Below, piece after piece: positions 48,229 through 58,945 of a DNA stretch of 64,000 nt (within the stretch, counting starts at the first letter, position 1; each line of letters starts with the position of its first letter). The DNA lies in IMG/VR virus record IMGVR_UViG_3300036770_001537, one strand, 5' to 3'. Under the pieces are notes generated by a model. It ran no database searches, was not told the DNA's origin, and worked only from the letters and a program-made list of their open reading frames with translations. Both the position numbers and the translations under genes were made by a program. This DNA comes from a virus.

Positions 48229-48885
48229 TTATGGTGTTTCTAGTGCAACAAAGTATTTGATGTTGCCGTTGGTTGATGTGAAAGTTGCAAACGCCTTATC
48301 CTTAATTTGAACCTCATAATCTCCTGGAATCATCTTCAAATTTTCTGTTTTGAAGATTGCGGTGAAACTATCACCATCATAATCCGAAATCTTATGAGAC
48401 GCAAAGTTTGATGTATCGTTCTTCTTCTCATGGACCTTGATAGTTAATTCACCATTACCACCTTCAAATGTTAGATTTGATAGATTATTCATTGAAGATA
48501 GACGAAGAAGTTTAGCCAAAACTGTATTGTGTAGAGTGAATGTTACGATTGGAGAATCAATCACCAACTCTTTATCTGGTGGCGTATCAATCAATTCTGG
48601 TGCACATGAATAATAGTTCAACTTGGTTGAGCCATCATCCATTACAACAAACTTATCTTGGAAAGTCAAGTCTGGATTAGTCAATGTCGTGACATTACCA
48701 AGAAACTGATTGAGATCATAGATACCAAACTTTGATGGAAAGTCTGCATCCTCAAATGATGCTTCAACAAGAATACTCTTGTCAGCAGAAATGGTTTTCT
48801 GAACTTTACCGGGACGAATTACCATGCCTGAATTGATTGTAGAGAAGTTTTTGAGAACGGTTAGAACCGTGTTGGATAGTTTCAT
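48229..48885 (-). CDS. 45: sliding clamp gp45
   Basis: MKLS..LKNFSTIN, FGIYDLNQFL, YFVALE. Confidence 0.95.
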   Translation of the reverse strand: MKLSNTVLTVLKNFSTINSGMVIRPGKVQKTISADKSILVEASFEDADFPSKFGIYDLNQFLGNVTTLTNPDLTFQDKFVVMDDGSTKLNYYSCAPELIDTPPDKELVIDSPIVTFTLHNTVLAKLLRLSSMNNLSNLTFEGGNGELTIKVHEKKNDTSNFASHKISDYDGDSFTAIFKTENLKMIPGDYEVQIKDKAFATFTSTNGNIKYFVALETP

Positions 48886-48940
48886 AATAAAGTCTCCTTA
48901 TTCAAGCGGACAACCATTATACGACGGCTGTCCTGAAAAA

Positions 48941-49579
48941 TCAAGGGTTTTTGATAGGGCCTTGGAAAATTTTTAGCATATGATCTGCATGGGCAACAAG
49001 TTCTGCCTTACTACCATTGTTGTCAAGCACATAGTCAAATGGAGTGCCGATCCAAGAAGTTTCTGATGAATGAATACCCAAAGCTTTCAGTTCTTTTTGA
49101 TATTTGTAGTTGGTGGAATGGTTAGCATTCATTGCTAATTGATACCAATGTGGATCGGGACCACGCACAACACGGACAACAAATCCTCTCATAGTCCTGA
49201 TAAAGTCGATTTCATTATCAAACCTAACATCAGCAACAACCACATTTTTATGCTTTAGAAGTTTCCGTTCCAGCGAATAAATCCAGATGTTGGTATTAAA
49301 AACATCTCTACATGCTTCAGTACCCAAAGTCTGGAGTGCTCGTCTTGGCGTGAAATCATATCCTAAACGATTCGTCCAAAACTTATCCGGCGTTTCTCTG
49401 AATGCACGACTTTCATCAGTATCACCTTCAAGTAGATGCCTCTCCCATCCGAAGATAGAAGAAGCAGCATCCTTGAGAGAATCGGCAAATGATAGTTTAG
49501 CAAAGCCATACTTTTCAACGAGAGTGTCGGCAACGGTTCCTTTTCCGGCACCAGCAAATCCCACTAGTCCAATAATCAT
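48941..49579 (-). CDS. 1: dNMP kinase gp1
   Basis: GFAGAGKGT, FADSLKD, PRRALQTLGTE, DVRFDNE, HSSE. Confidence 0.9.
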   Translation of the reverse strand: MIIGLVGFAGAGKGTVADTLVEKYGFAKLSFADSLKDAASSIFGWERHLLEGDTDESRAFRETPDKFWTNRLGYDFTPRRALQTLGTEACRDVFNTNIWIYSLERKLLKHKNVVVADVRFDNEIDFIRTMRGFVVRVVRGPDPHWYQLAMNANHSTNYKYQKELKALGIHSSETSWIGTPFDYVLDNNGSKAELVAHADHMLKIFQGPIKNP

Positions 49580-49603
49580 TCTAAATCTCCGCTGTAACAA
49601 ATA

Positions 49604-50422
49604 TCAAATGCTTCCGGTAATTGCCGCAATCTTTGGAAGATCACCTTTGAAACCATATGTTCCAACGTGTTCGGTTTTCATCCACGGACATAGATAGATT
49701 TGACCACCAATTGCTCGCCAATATTGACAAAACATATAATCTTCCGATAGATAACGATGAGAATCTGGGTCAATTACAGTATCAAAATATGCGTGAATAT
49801 ATCGTGATCCATCAAAGTTTGCTTGACCTAGATGATCTGGTTTGTAGTTAAGATGAGGGTATTCCTCTTTGAATTTATCAAATACAGCACGCTTTACCAT
49901 CATAAAGCCTGTGCCAATTTCCATAACCTCAAGTGGTTCTGTAACCTTGAATTGTTTTGTGCCGGGAACAGCATTGAATACATATTCACCTGTCACACCT
50001 TCAAGTTCGCCAGGATTGAACTTGGATTCATCAAAGTCTGGGTTTGATAGTAGTTTCTTAGATGCGTTCCAGACTGCTTTCCAGTTGATAGATTTCTTGG
50101 GATATGGTCCGCCAATAATATCTTTATCTAGTGCAAGTAGAGCAACAACATCGTTGGGGTCAAAATTAATATCCGAATCGATGAAAAGTAGATGAGTAAA
50201 ACCTGAACGTAGAAACTCATCAACCAAATAGTTTCGAGCACGAGTAATCAGAGATTCGTTAAACAGGAAGGAGAATCGCACTTCAATACCATATCGCATA
50301 CACAAACCTTGAAGGTCAAGGCATGATTTCATATACAGTCCATTACAATTTCCACCATACATAGGTGTAGCAACAAACAATCTATTCTTTCTTAGGTCTT
50401 CTGCTTTAATCTGTAGTTCCAT
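49604..50422 (-). CDS. glycosyltransferase-like (GT-A) protein
   Basis: ATPMYGG, SLITRARN, LFIDSDI, GTGFM, LSEDYMFC. Confidence 0.75.
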   Translation of the reverse strand: MELQIKAEDLRKNRLFVATPMYGGNCNGLYMKSCLDLQGLCMRYGIEVRFSFLFNESLITRARNYLVDEFLRSGFTHLLFIDSDINFDPNDVVALLALDKDIIGGPYPKKSINWKAVWNASKKLLSNPDFDESKFNPGELEGVTGEYVFNAVPGTKQFKVTEPLEVMEIGTGFMMVKRAVFDKFKEEYPHLNYKPDHLGQANFDGSRYIHAYFDTVIDPDSHRYLSEDYMFCQYWRAIGGQIYLCPWMKTEHVGTYGFKGDLPKIAAITGSI

Positions 50423-50469
50423 TCTTTATTCACTCCTTATAATAGTGAAGGCCACATCTCTATATAGTA

Positions 50470-50499
50470 TAAAAAAAGGTGGCTTCATCAGCCACCTTT
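50470..50499 (-). terminator. intrinsic terminator
   Basis: AAAGGTGGCT/AGCCACCTTT + U-tract. Confidence 0.75.
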
Positions 50500-50505
50500 G
50501 ATTTA

Positions 50506-51708
50506 TTAGAAAGCAACTTCATCAGTCTTTGGCGTTTCAGCAGCACTTCCGGTTGGTAGTGGATTGATTGTTTCGTCCAACTTCTTATACAAATCCATGA
50601 AAGAGTTTTTAGTATCAACGTCAAACCGATTTAGGCAGAGATTGATTGCCTTCTCACGATTCTTCTTGAAGATAACATATGCTTCACAGATGTGAACGAG
50701 GCGTCGAGTAGAAATGATTTCAGACACAGCACCTTCGTTGAATGACTTACGAATAACATCAGCCCAAGATACCAGACGATTGATATAATCGGTATCATTA
50801 GAATCAATCGCAGTCAGAGAAAGAAGATGGTTTGTAAGAATCTTCTTTTCAATCTTCTCTTGAGGATATTCTTGTTCCATAGTCACAGAGAAACGCTCAA
50901 GAAATGCTTCGTTCATAACATTCGTGCCGATGAAACGACCGTCTTCAGAACCTTTACCCTTGGTATTTGCAGTAGCAATTACATTGAAACCCTTAGCAGG
51001 AGTAATCAACTTGTTAATCTTCTTCAGGAAGATTGGCTTACCTTCAAGAACAGGCTGTAGGCACATAAGTTTGTTTGAGCCAAGATCGACCTCATCGAGA
51101 AGAAGAATTGCACCACGCTCCATTGCATGAATAACAGGACCGTTTTGCCATACTGTCCGACCGTCAATAAGACGGAAACCACCAATCAAATCATCCTCAT
51201 CAGTTTCAATTGTGATATTGACACGAATACACTCACGCTTTTCAATAGCACAAACCTGTTCAACCATCATGGTTTTACCGTTACCAGAAAGGCCGGTAAT
51301 ATACATGGGATAGAAACGAGAAGACTTTACGATTGCTCGAACATCGGCAAAGTTTCCAAAGGGAACATAACCTTCGGCCTTGGTAGGAATGAGTGAAACT
51401 GTATCGACGGTACTCGTATTAAGGGGAACGGCAGCAAGAGCCATGGCAACCTCCATTTTAGAATCAGTCTCAACAGTTTCATTAACAATTTTAGAAACGG
51501 CAACAGGCATTGGTGCAGTTACAGGGATGTTAATCATATACATTCCACGGCCAGAACGGCGTGAAGAATCATTAGTGAACCAAGTTGGAAACTTGATATT
51601 ATGCTTTTCACAAACATAGGTGATTTGCTTACGCGAAACGATATTGATATCACCAAATTCAGCCTTCACCGCATCAAAGAAGGGTTGCCGATCCACAGTC
51701 TTAGCCAT
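50506..51708 (-). CDS. cobS: CobS-like MoxR AAA+ ATPase
   Basis: GLSGNGKT, ETDEDDLIGG, LLLDE, ATANTKG, NEAFLERF. Confidence 0.9.
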   Translation of the reverse strand: MAKTVDRQPFFDAVKAEFGDINIVSRKQITYVCEKHNIKFPTWFTNDSSRRSGRGMYMINIPVTAPMPVAVSKIVNETVETDSKMEVAMALAAVPLNTSTVDTVSLIPTKAEGYVPFGNFADVRAIVKSSRFYPMYITGLSGNGKTMMVEQVCAIEKRECIRVNITIETDEDDLIGGFRLIDGRTVWQNGPVIHAMERGAILLLDEVDLGSNKLMCLQPVLEGKPIFLKKINKLITPAKGFNVIATANTKGKGSEDGRFIGTNVMNEAFLERFSVTMEQEYPQEKIEKKILTNHLLSLTAIDSNDTDYINRLVSWADVIRKSFNEGAVSEIISTRRLVHICEAYVIFKKNREKAINLCLNRFDVDTKNSFMDLYKKLDETINPLPTGSAAETPKTDEVAF

Positions 51709-51797
51709 AACGAAGTCCTTTCATATCTCGATTATGATGTATCTTAGCACATAGGAAAGTTGAAGTCAAGCGGAATATTTCATCCGCTTGCACTCTT

Positions 51798-53957
51798 TTA
51801 TTTAGCAATCCTATCGACAAATTTCGATAGGAGAACTCGATTTACAGTTTTTTTGTTTGTAAAACGAGTGAACTCTTTGGCAATTCGAGATTTAGTCATT
51901 TTAGAATCTACCTTTAGATTGTCGTTTTGAAACTTCAACTTTGCGACATTCATAATGTAGTATTCATCATAACCGGCACTCGTCACTCCAAAGAAACCGT
52001 CATTCTTCCACTTTGTAGTATTGGCTGCAATCGTTTGTGAACTAAACATATACGAAATATTGTATATGTTACCAGAGTAGAGAAAGAATCCGACCAGATT
52101 GCACCTAGTCCTGTCTTTAAGCACTCGCAGACAAATATCGGTGTTGGAGTCGTTACTAACTGGATAATACACCTTCTTTGTCTTGGTGTCAGTAAGAATG
52201 AGAACCTGTTTCCTACTAACAGAACGAGGCATATTCGTCCTGACCGACCAATAATTAGATGCACCATCGGTCAAAACAATCGTATTGACAATTTGCAACT
52301 TATTCTTCTTCTGGAAATCAAGCACGATCTTATCAAGAGAAAGAATGGCCTGATTCAGCGGAGTATCTGACATAGGTTCGTTGGCATAATGCCCTCCGTT
52401 TGCCATACTCCACAGATGAAACATTGCTTCATTTAGAGTAGCAAGATTCATCCTAGACGAAAGAATATTACGCAGCTTGAACTTATGCATAAAGATGCCA
52501 CTATTAGGGTCTTTGTTAATAACCTGCACTTTAGTACCGGCATCGTCAGAACTACATATAGAGCGGAAGGTAAAGACTTCAAACGGAACCTGAATCCTGT
52601 TGCAGAACATAACTAGACTGAAAAGATGCTTCATTGTTTCTTTGATATTCTCATGCATAGAACCAGACCAATCAAGAAGCATGACAAAGCCATGATTCTT
52701 ACCTTCGGACACGACCGACATTTTACGGAACAAATCCTCATTATACTTGTATGAATGAATTTTATTCATATCAAGCACTCCAGTCTTGGCAATAGAAGTC
52801 CGAGAATACAAATCGGCAGCCTTCTTTTGCTCAAATTCCTTGACCATAAAGGAAACAGCAGCCTTTTCTTGCGTCTTGAACTTAGCCAAATCTTCACGAA
52901 GAATACGGGTCATATCATTCGTGATATAACCAACTTTCTTACGATATTCGAGATTATCTTTCCATTCTTTGAGAACGACTTTGTAATCATCGACAATGTT
53001 AGAATGCACGAACTCAGGAATATCCACATAGACATAATCGACATTTTCACTCTTGATAATCCTATCCTGAGAACTCTTTGACGCACGTTCGGTCAAACTT
53101 TCAGCAGTATCTTCTTCGTCAGAATGTGGAGACTTCTGTTCTTCTGTTTCGTCAATAGGTTCACCGCTATAAGGTGTGCCACTATTAGATTTTGAATCTT
53201 CAGAATCATCTGAATCTTCAGAAAAAGAATCAGAGTCAGAATCAGAATCGGAATCAGAATCGGAATCAGAATCTTCGTCAAACTCCATACCGTCAGATTC
53301 TTCATCAGAATCTTCGATATTCATCGCCATAGAAGGAGCCTGCTTCTTTTCTTCGATACCATAAGAATACATATCACTAGCGATGCTAATAACATCGGAA
53401 AATGTTTCAGCATTCTCAATGCGTGTAACAAACGCCTTTTCAGCATCGGAGAACTTGATATTATATTGTGCACCATTCTTGAAGAAGATGTTGACACGAT
53501 CAATCAGTGGCAAAGAATCGATATCCCGATCCTTTACACCAAAGAAATTTTTATCATGCAGTTCCTTGTAACCGACAACATAGTTACGCTTAGAGCCGGG
53601 ATAACGACGTTTTTGCCGCTTATCGATGCGTGCATCTTCAATAACATTCAAGAAATCCTTGATGTTATTCTTTTGCTTATCAGATGCGTTTGGACCATGC
53701 TTAGAATAAGCAATAGTTTCGATGCCAGTTTCCCAAGCATCGGGGGGTGTATCAAGTGCATGGCCAACTTCATGCACGACAAGCATATCATACAAGTCTT
53801 CGGAAATGTTATGCCATACGGGCAGAACAAGAAGCCGATCTTTGATATCAAAATATGCCGTTCGTGCTGAAGGATTATGTCGCATAGTAATATTTTCAGT
53901 TGCCAAGAGCTTAGCCAACTGAGATTTGATTTCAAAACTGATAGGTGCAGCAGTCAT
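51798..53957 (-). CDS. CobT-like HEXXH + VWA protein
   Basis: LAKLLATEN, HEVGHAL, NVIEDARI, acidic DS linker, LDWSGSM MIDAS, LTDG. Confidence 0.85.
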   Translation of the reverse strand: MTAAPISFEIKSQLAKLLATENITMRHNPSARTAYFDIKDRLLVLPVWHNISEDLYDMLVVHEVGHALDTPPDAWETGIETIAYSKHGPNASDKQKNNIKDFLNVIEDARIDKRQKRRYPGSKRNYVVGYKELHDKNFFGVKDRDIDSLPLIDRVNIFFKNGAQYNIKFSDAEKAFVTRIENAETFSDVISIASDMYSYGIEEKKQAPSMAMNIEDSDEESDGMEFDEDSDSDSDSDSDSDSDSFSEDSDDSEDSKSNSGTPYSGEPIDETEEQKSPHSDEEDTAESLTERASKSSQDRIIKSENVDYVYVDIPEFVHSNIVDDYKVVLKEWKDNLEYRKKVGYITNDMTRILREDLAKFKTQEKAAVSFMVKEFEQKKAADLYSRTSIAKTGVLDMNKIHSYKYNEDLFRKMSVVSEGKNHGFVMLLDWSGSMHENIKETMKHLFSLVMFCNRIQVPFEVFTFRSICSSDDAGTKVQVINKDPNSGIFMHKFKLRNILSSRMNLATLNEAMFHLWSMANGGHYANEPMSDTPLNQAILSLDKIVLDFQKKNKLQIVNTIVLTDGASNYWSVRTNMPRSVSRKQVLILTDTKTKKVYYPVSNDSNTDICLRVLKDRTRCNLVGFFLYSGNIYNISYMFSSQTIAANTTKWKNDGFFGVTSAGYDEYYIMNVAKLKFQNDNLKVDSKMTKSRIAKEFTRFTNKKTVNRVLLSKFVDRIAK

Positions 53958-54054
53958 CGAATAACCTCCATCAACGATTGAACACCATATTACGACATTA
54001 TATGATAGAATGCAACATCAATTATCACATACCAGGTATGCAATTTAGCATACC

Positions 54055-55773
54055 TCAAGGTGCACTCAGAACACTGAAGTTCTTTTTCTTACTGAATTTA
54101 ATTGTTCTTTTGAATTTATCTGTCATTTGATCGTGCTTATGACTAATAACAAATACATTAGAATCTCCAATTAAAGACCACATTATTTTCAAAAATTCAT
54201 CTGTTCCAGAATCATCCAATGAACCATCAAATATTTCATCGAAGATCAAAAGATTTGTTGAAACACTACTTCTCATTTTCGATATTTCTCTCCAAGTGAA
54301 TAGTAATGCAAGATCAATTCTAATTTTTTCGCCTTCAGAGAAGTTTTGATATGCAAATTCATCACGATACCGTGATTTGATAGTTTCCTTGAAATTCTCA
54401 TCAATATTAAAATTTACTGAAAAATTCATCTGAGTCAAATACTTATTGATAAGTTTGTTGATCGTGGGAAGATACTGCTTGATAATTTTGGTCTTGATCC
54501 CACCATCTTTTAGTAGATTGACGGAGGTTTCAATATACAACTTTTCGTTCAATAAAGATTCTTTTTCTTTTTCAAGAGTTGCAATTTCATTTTGTATTTT
54601 GAGTAGATCATTTTCATTATTCTCAAGCAGTGAGTTTGATTTTGATAGAGAATCCATTTCTTTTTGAAGTTTGCTTACTTCTTCTGAAAATTGATTGCTT
54701 TTATACTTGTGCTGTGAAATTTGATTGGATAGTTTATTAATAGTTTCTAGTTTATTCTCAATGACTTCTATCTGAAGAACACATGAATCTATCTCAGAAA
54801 CAATCTTGGATATACCATCATTAAGGTCTACGATCTTATTTGTCAGTGAATCGACTTTATTAGACTTAAATGTTTCGTCTATTGCCTGTTTACAAGTTGG
54901 ACAATTGTCGTGTTTCTCAAAAAATGATAATTCGCAAGATTGCTTTTTGTGATTAGTTTCTATTTGTGATTTTAGTGATATTAATTTGGTATGTCGTGAT
55001 TTTAGATTCTTATAAGATGTTGTTTGCTGGAGTATCTCATTTCTTTGATCATCCAAACCTTGAATCTCTTCATTGATCTTTTTAATAGCTTTTTCATATC
55101 TTACCCTTTCGTGTTCCAGTTCTTTTAGTTTCTGATCATCATTTTGCTTCAAAGACTCTATTGTTCTCTTTATGTGATCGCAAGTTTCACTTTTACCGAG
55201 ACTTTCTATTCTATTCTTTTCCAATTTACTTTTATTGTCAGACAACTTCTGTTTGGCAATACTATTCATAACAGAAAAGATTTGAATATCCAGTAGGTCT
55301 TCAATAACAAGTCTACGATCAGCAGCAGATAATTGCATAAATGGTGTAAATGATGCTGATCCTAGAATAACAATCTGAGTGAAGGACTTATAATTCATAC
55401 GAAGGATGAACTTCTCCAGATTATCCTGGTAATCTTTTGTCGCAGAGTCTTGATTCAACAGTTTGTTATCACAATACACTTCAAAAACAGTAGGCTTGAT
55501 ACCTCTTATGACTTTATATTTCTTACCATGAGTATTAAATTCAATCTCTACTACACAATCTTTACCATTTACAGAATTGATAAGATTTGATTTGTTTATA
55601 TTCCTAAAAGATTTGCCGAACAAAGAAAAGGTAAGAGCATCTAGTAATGTGCTCTTACCTGCACCATTGTTTCCTATGATTAGTGTGTTTGGAGTATCGT
55701 CAAGGCATATTTCAGTCCATATGTTGCCAGTTGAAAGAAAATTCTTCCATCTAATCTTTTGAAAAATTATCAT
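54055..55773 (-). CDS. 46: recombination endonuclease subunit gp46 (Rad50-like)
   Basis: GNNGAGKST, CPTC hook, FSEGEK, IFDEIFD. Confidence 0.95.
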   Translation of the reverse strand: MIIFQKIRWKNFLSTGNIWTEICLDDTPNTLIIGNNGAGKSTLLDALTFSLFGKSFRNINKSNLINSVNGKDCVVEIEFNTHGKKYKVIRGIKPTVFEVYCDNKLLNQDSATKDYQDNLEKFILRMNYKSFTQIVILGSASFTPFMQLSAADRRLVIEDLLDIQIFSVMNSIAKQKLSDNKSKLEKNRIESLGKSETCDHIKRTIESLKQNDDQKLKELEHERVRYEKAIKKINEEIQGLDDQRNEILQQTTSYKNLKSRHTKLISLKSQIETNHKKQSCELSFFEKHDNCPTCKQAIDETFKSNKVDSLTNKIVDLNDGISKIVSEIDSCVLQIEVIENKLETINKLSNQISQHKYKSNQFSEEVSKLQKEMDSLSKSNSLLENNENDLLKIQNEIATLEKEKESLLNEKLYIETSVNLLKDGGIKTKIIKQYLPTINKLINKYLTQMNFSVNFNIDENFKETIKSRYRDEFAYQNFSEGEKIRIDLALLFTWREISKMRSSVSTNLLIFDEIFDGSLDDSGTDEFLKIMWSLIGDSNVFVISHKHDQMTDKFKRTIKFSKKKNFSVLSAP

Positions 55774-56221
55774 GTTCCCTCAAATAAAAAATACAGTTGT
55801 ATAATATTGACACATCTTCTCTGAGAAGACCTATTCCTGTATTGCAATTACGGCATAATATTTTCCTAACCTTTCCTGTTTTATGACAATGATCCACATG
55901 ACCACAATCCAAAATATTTTTTTTGCAAATATAACATTTATTATCTTGATTCTGTAACATAATTTTAAACTGATCAAGTGTTATACCGAAATTTTTTTGT
56001 AGCTTATAATCTTTTCTTTTTTCAGGAGACCAGCGTTGATTATTTCTTTTTTGTTTAACTTTTTTTTCTTCTAATGTCAATTTATGATATTTTTTTCTAT
56101 AATGTTCATTATAGCAATCATCACATTTACCTCTATAAAGATTACTTCCATTTTTATTTTTTCTTAAAATGCGAAATTGTGATGTTGGTTTTTCGTGTTT
56201 ACATTGAGTGCACGTTTTCAT
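55751..56221 (-). CDS. endonuclease-VII-family homing endonuclease
   Basis: KTCTQC..CDDC; CYIC..HVDHCHKTGKVRKILCRNCN; between 47 and 46. Confidence 0.85.
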   Translation of the reverse strand: MKTCTQCKHEKPTSQFRILRKNKNGSNLYRGKCDDCYNEHYRKKYHKLTLEEKKVKQKRNNQRWSPEKRKDYKLQKNFGITLDQFKIMLQNQDNKCYICKKNILDCGHVDHCHKTGKVRKILCRNCNTGIGLLREDVSILYNCIFYLREHDNFSKD

Positions 56222-56308
56222 TAGTGTTCCCTTTCTTAGTGGAAACACTATTTAGTAAAATAAGTTCTTCCACCTAATTTTTTCAAATGTAAGAATAGCC
56301 AATCTCCA

Positions 56309-57382
56309 TTATTCAATATGTTTCAAGGATACTGCTTCAGTATAAATGTCTCTCATAAACTTTTTCATCTTATCATTATCTACAGGCAGAGTCAAGTTGT
56401 TGATGTATGCGTCAATGATACTTCTGGTATCCTGTATTCCTTCAACAATATCTTCTGATTCATCCAGAAATGAAACATCTTCTATTATTGATATGTCAAT
56501 TGGTGAGACTGTGTGTATTTTGTCAATCAGGGTATCAAACGCATAAGGATTTGTCCTGTTGATACATATAACCTTAACATAAACATTTGAATACTTGCTA
56601 TAGTCTGTTTTATTGATTTCATTTAGTATATCCTTTGTCTTAACATCATCATACACAATCATCTGAAAAATGTTATATGGGCTCTGATAGAACTCAAACT
56701 TTCTTGTATTAGTATCAAAAATAGTGAATCCTCTAGGATCATTATAATCAGACCAAATAAATTCTGCAAAAGCACCAATATAATGAATGTTCTTGGCAGA
56801 AGATTTGTGATGATAGTGACCTGAAAATACAAGATCAAATTTATCATAAACCTTTCTATCTACACCATGATTAGATACAGTTCCTTTGAACATCTCAAAC
56901 CCGTTTAGTTCCAGATGTCCCATGACAACATCACATTTACTGTTCTCAATCAGTTTATATGACTGTTCGTGGTTATCATCGGAAATCCACGGAAGCAGAA
57001 GAATATCTGTTCCATTCACATTGATTTCCGTTGCATTGATATAGGTATTGATTCCTTTATATCTACCAGTTACCATTTCACTCAACGCATTGATATCATT
57101 GGTGTTTTTGTAAAACACATCATGGTTCCCTGCTATGATATGGCAATCAAGGTTTCTATTTTCAACCTGTAAAAGAAAATCTTCACGGATTCTTTTTGAT
57201 GTTAGATAATTGACATATTTTCTCCTGTCAAATAAATCACCAAGATGGACGATTGTCCTGATATCCTGATCGTCAATAATAGAAAAGAACCAATCATAGT
57301 TCTTTTTCATATAGTCATGAAAAACCATGCTGTCATTTCTAATGCCAGCATGGGTATCAGTAATCATAGCAATTTTTGTCAT
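56309..57382 (-). CDS. 47: recombination endonuclease subunit gp47 (Mre11-like)
   Basis: TDTHAG, HLGDLFDRRK, GNHD, GHLE, SGHYH. Confidence 0.95.
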   Translation of the reverse strand: MTKIAMITDTHAGIRNDSMVFHDYMKKNYDWFFSIIDDQDIRTIVHLGDLFDRRKYVNYLTSKRIREDFLLQVENRNLDCHIIAGNHDVFYKNTNDINALSEMVTGRYKGINTYINATEINVNGTDILLLPWISDDNHEQSYKLIENSKCDVVMGHLELNGFEMFKGTVSNHGVDRKVYDKFDLVFSGHYHHKSSAKNIHYIGAFAEFIWSDYNDPRGFTIFDTNTRKFEFYQSPYNIFQMIVYDDVKTKDILNEINKTDYSKYSNVYVKVICINRTNPYAFDTLIDKIHTVSPIDISIIEDVSFLDESEDIVEGIQDTRSIIDAYINNLTLPVDNDKMKKFMRDIYTEAVSLKHIE

Positions 57383-57594
57383 TATGCCCTTCTTTTCTTG
57401 GTCTTCCCCATATTTGCCATAGCAACTTCGTCATCATACTTACGAATTGCTTTATCTAACTCTCTGCGAATTTCATCAAGCCTCATTCTATAATTACCAC
57501 GAACATATACATTATCATCGCGGTTCAACATCTCACGAATTAAGTGCTGAACCTGAAACGGAATATTACTCTCTCTTTCCATTGTCTTCCTCAT
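57382..57594 (-). CDS. hypothetical protein
   Basis: ORF between 55 and 47. Confidence 0.65.
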   Translation of the reverse strand: MRKTMERESNIPFQVQHLIREMLNRDDNVYVRGNYRMRLDEIRRELDKAIRKYDDEVAMANMGKTKKRRA

Positions 57595-58129
57595 AAAATT
57601 TCTGTAAGCCTACTTTCGCATTCTTACGCTTTTCTTTTTTAAGTTCTTCTTTCTTCTCAAACTTTCTCATAAACTGATGTATGTTATCATATAGTGTGGA
57701 AGAAATCAACTGTCCATCTTCAGAATCTTTAGACTCATAAAGTTGTGTCATTGTCTCTTGAAAATTCTTATAGATTATATATCGATTCTTCTCTTCTTTA
57801 CTTATACGACGAAGAAAAGCATAGTAGATGATCTGTGTAAAGTATGCGAAAGGGTTCTGACCGATAGCAGGATTATAATCCTTGAAGTATAGAATGCAGT
57901 TTTCTATGCCGTCTGAAACCATTTCATCTCTGTATGAGTAATTCACAAAGCAGGGCTTCATGGATAAACGATCTGCAATCTTCCAGATACATTCACCGAT
58001 ATAGTCTGGCATCCTTGGTTCTTCATTCCTACCTGATGCTCTATATTCTTCCAGTTTTTTTCTGTATGCAATGATTTCTTGATAGAATCTTTCATTATCT
58101 ACATATTTCACTTTTTTCTTCTGTTTCAT
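57566..58129 (-). CDS. 55: late sigma factor gp55
   Basis: YVDN, YIGECIWKIA, YSYRDEMVSDGIENC, NPFAYFTQIIYYAFLRRI. Confidence 0.95.
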   Translation of the reverse strand: MKQKKKVKYVDNERFYQEIIAYRKKLEEYRASGRNEEPRMPDYIGECIWKIADRLSMKPCFVNYSYRDEMVSDGIENCILYFKDYNPAIGQNPFAYFTQIIYYAFLRRISKEEKNRYIIYKNFQETMTQLYESKDSEDGQLISSTLYDNIHQFMRKFEKKEELKKEKRKNAKVGLQKFYEEDNGKRE

Positions 58130-58206
58130 ACATTTTCCTCTTGACAACCTTGACAAGCACTATATAATGGCTATGTCAGCCCTTCAATGAATACTATTAG
58201 TTACTA

Positions 58207-58488
58207 TTATACATCAGTTAGTGACTTTAGCTTCTTCATCTGCTTATCAATTACTTCTGCTCTGTTAGGCCATTTAATCATAGGTTTAGATGGGTCTTTA
58301 GCCAAGTTCTCTAGTAGTGGAGTAAAGATAGCATTTACTGCATGTAATCTTTTCCTAAGATCATCTACTTCTTCCTGCAAGGAAGAGTATTGAGTATGTG
58401 ATGCTACAATTTCATCTTCATCAGAGAATGTAAAACCAAAATCATTATTAGTATCATTAACATCTAGGTATTGATTCTTGACTGCCAT
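58207..58488 (-). CDS. conserved hypothetical protein
   Basis: DFGFTF..PLLENLAKDP..IKWPNR. Confidence 0.7.
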   Translation of the reverse strand: MAVKNQYLDVNDTNNDFGFTFSDEDEIVASHTQYSSLQEEVDDLRKRLHAVNAIFTPLLENLAKDPSKPMIKWPNRAEVIDKQMKKLKSLTDV

Positions 58489-58940
58489 CAGTGTAATTTC
58501 CTCTTACCATTCTTAATTTCTTCAAGCATTTCTTTAACATACGATAATTCTGAGTCATCTACTTCAACATCAAACATATCATCAATATCTTCCATTGCTT
58601 TCTTGGAAGACTTTTCTTGTTCTAGATATGTCAATTTGGTTAGTGATTCCCAATAATAATTATCCATTTCATCAGATGCATCTGACATAGTGAGAATATC
58701 ATTTGGATAGATTGTAAATTCTTGTTTAGAGCAAATCTCTGGTAGAACCCATTGTAGTAGAGATAGACTTAGATATCCTGGTCTTGATTGACTCACAGAA
58801 TATACAATTTTTAATGGATTCAGTAGAACATAGTATTCATCATCATCTGTTTTATAGTAAACTACTTCAGACGCTAAATCTTCACCTGTATTGAGTCTGA
58901 TAAATTTAACAGAAGATGAGATTGGTTCTGGCTGGGTCAT
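58488..58940 (-). CDS. Sm-like conserved protein downstream of uvsW
   Basis: IRLNTGEDL..NPL..W. Confidence 0.7.
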   Translation of the reverse strand: MTQPEPISSSVKFIRLNTGEDLASEVVYYKTDDDEYYVLLNPLKIVYSVSQSRPGYLSLSLLQWVLPEICSKQEFTIYPNDILTMSDASDEMDNYYWESLTKLTYLEQEKSSKKAMEDIDDMFDVEVDDSELSYVKEMLEEIKNGKRKLH

Positions 58941-58945
58941 GTGTA

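Noticed and set aside
53200-53290. GAATCA/GAATCG hexamer microsatellite
   Set aside because: It encodes the ordinary acidic Asp-Ser linker of the CobT-like protein.
50506-53957. cobS/cobT as cobalamin-synthesis auxiliary genes
   Set aside because: This MoxR-VWA pair is routine in T4-like phages, and no cobN or other cob genes are present.
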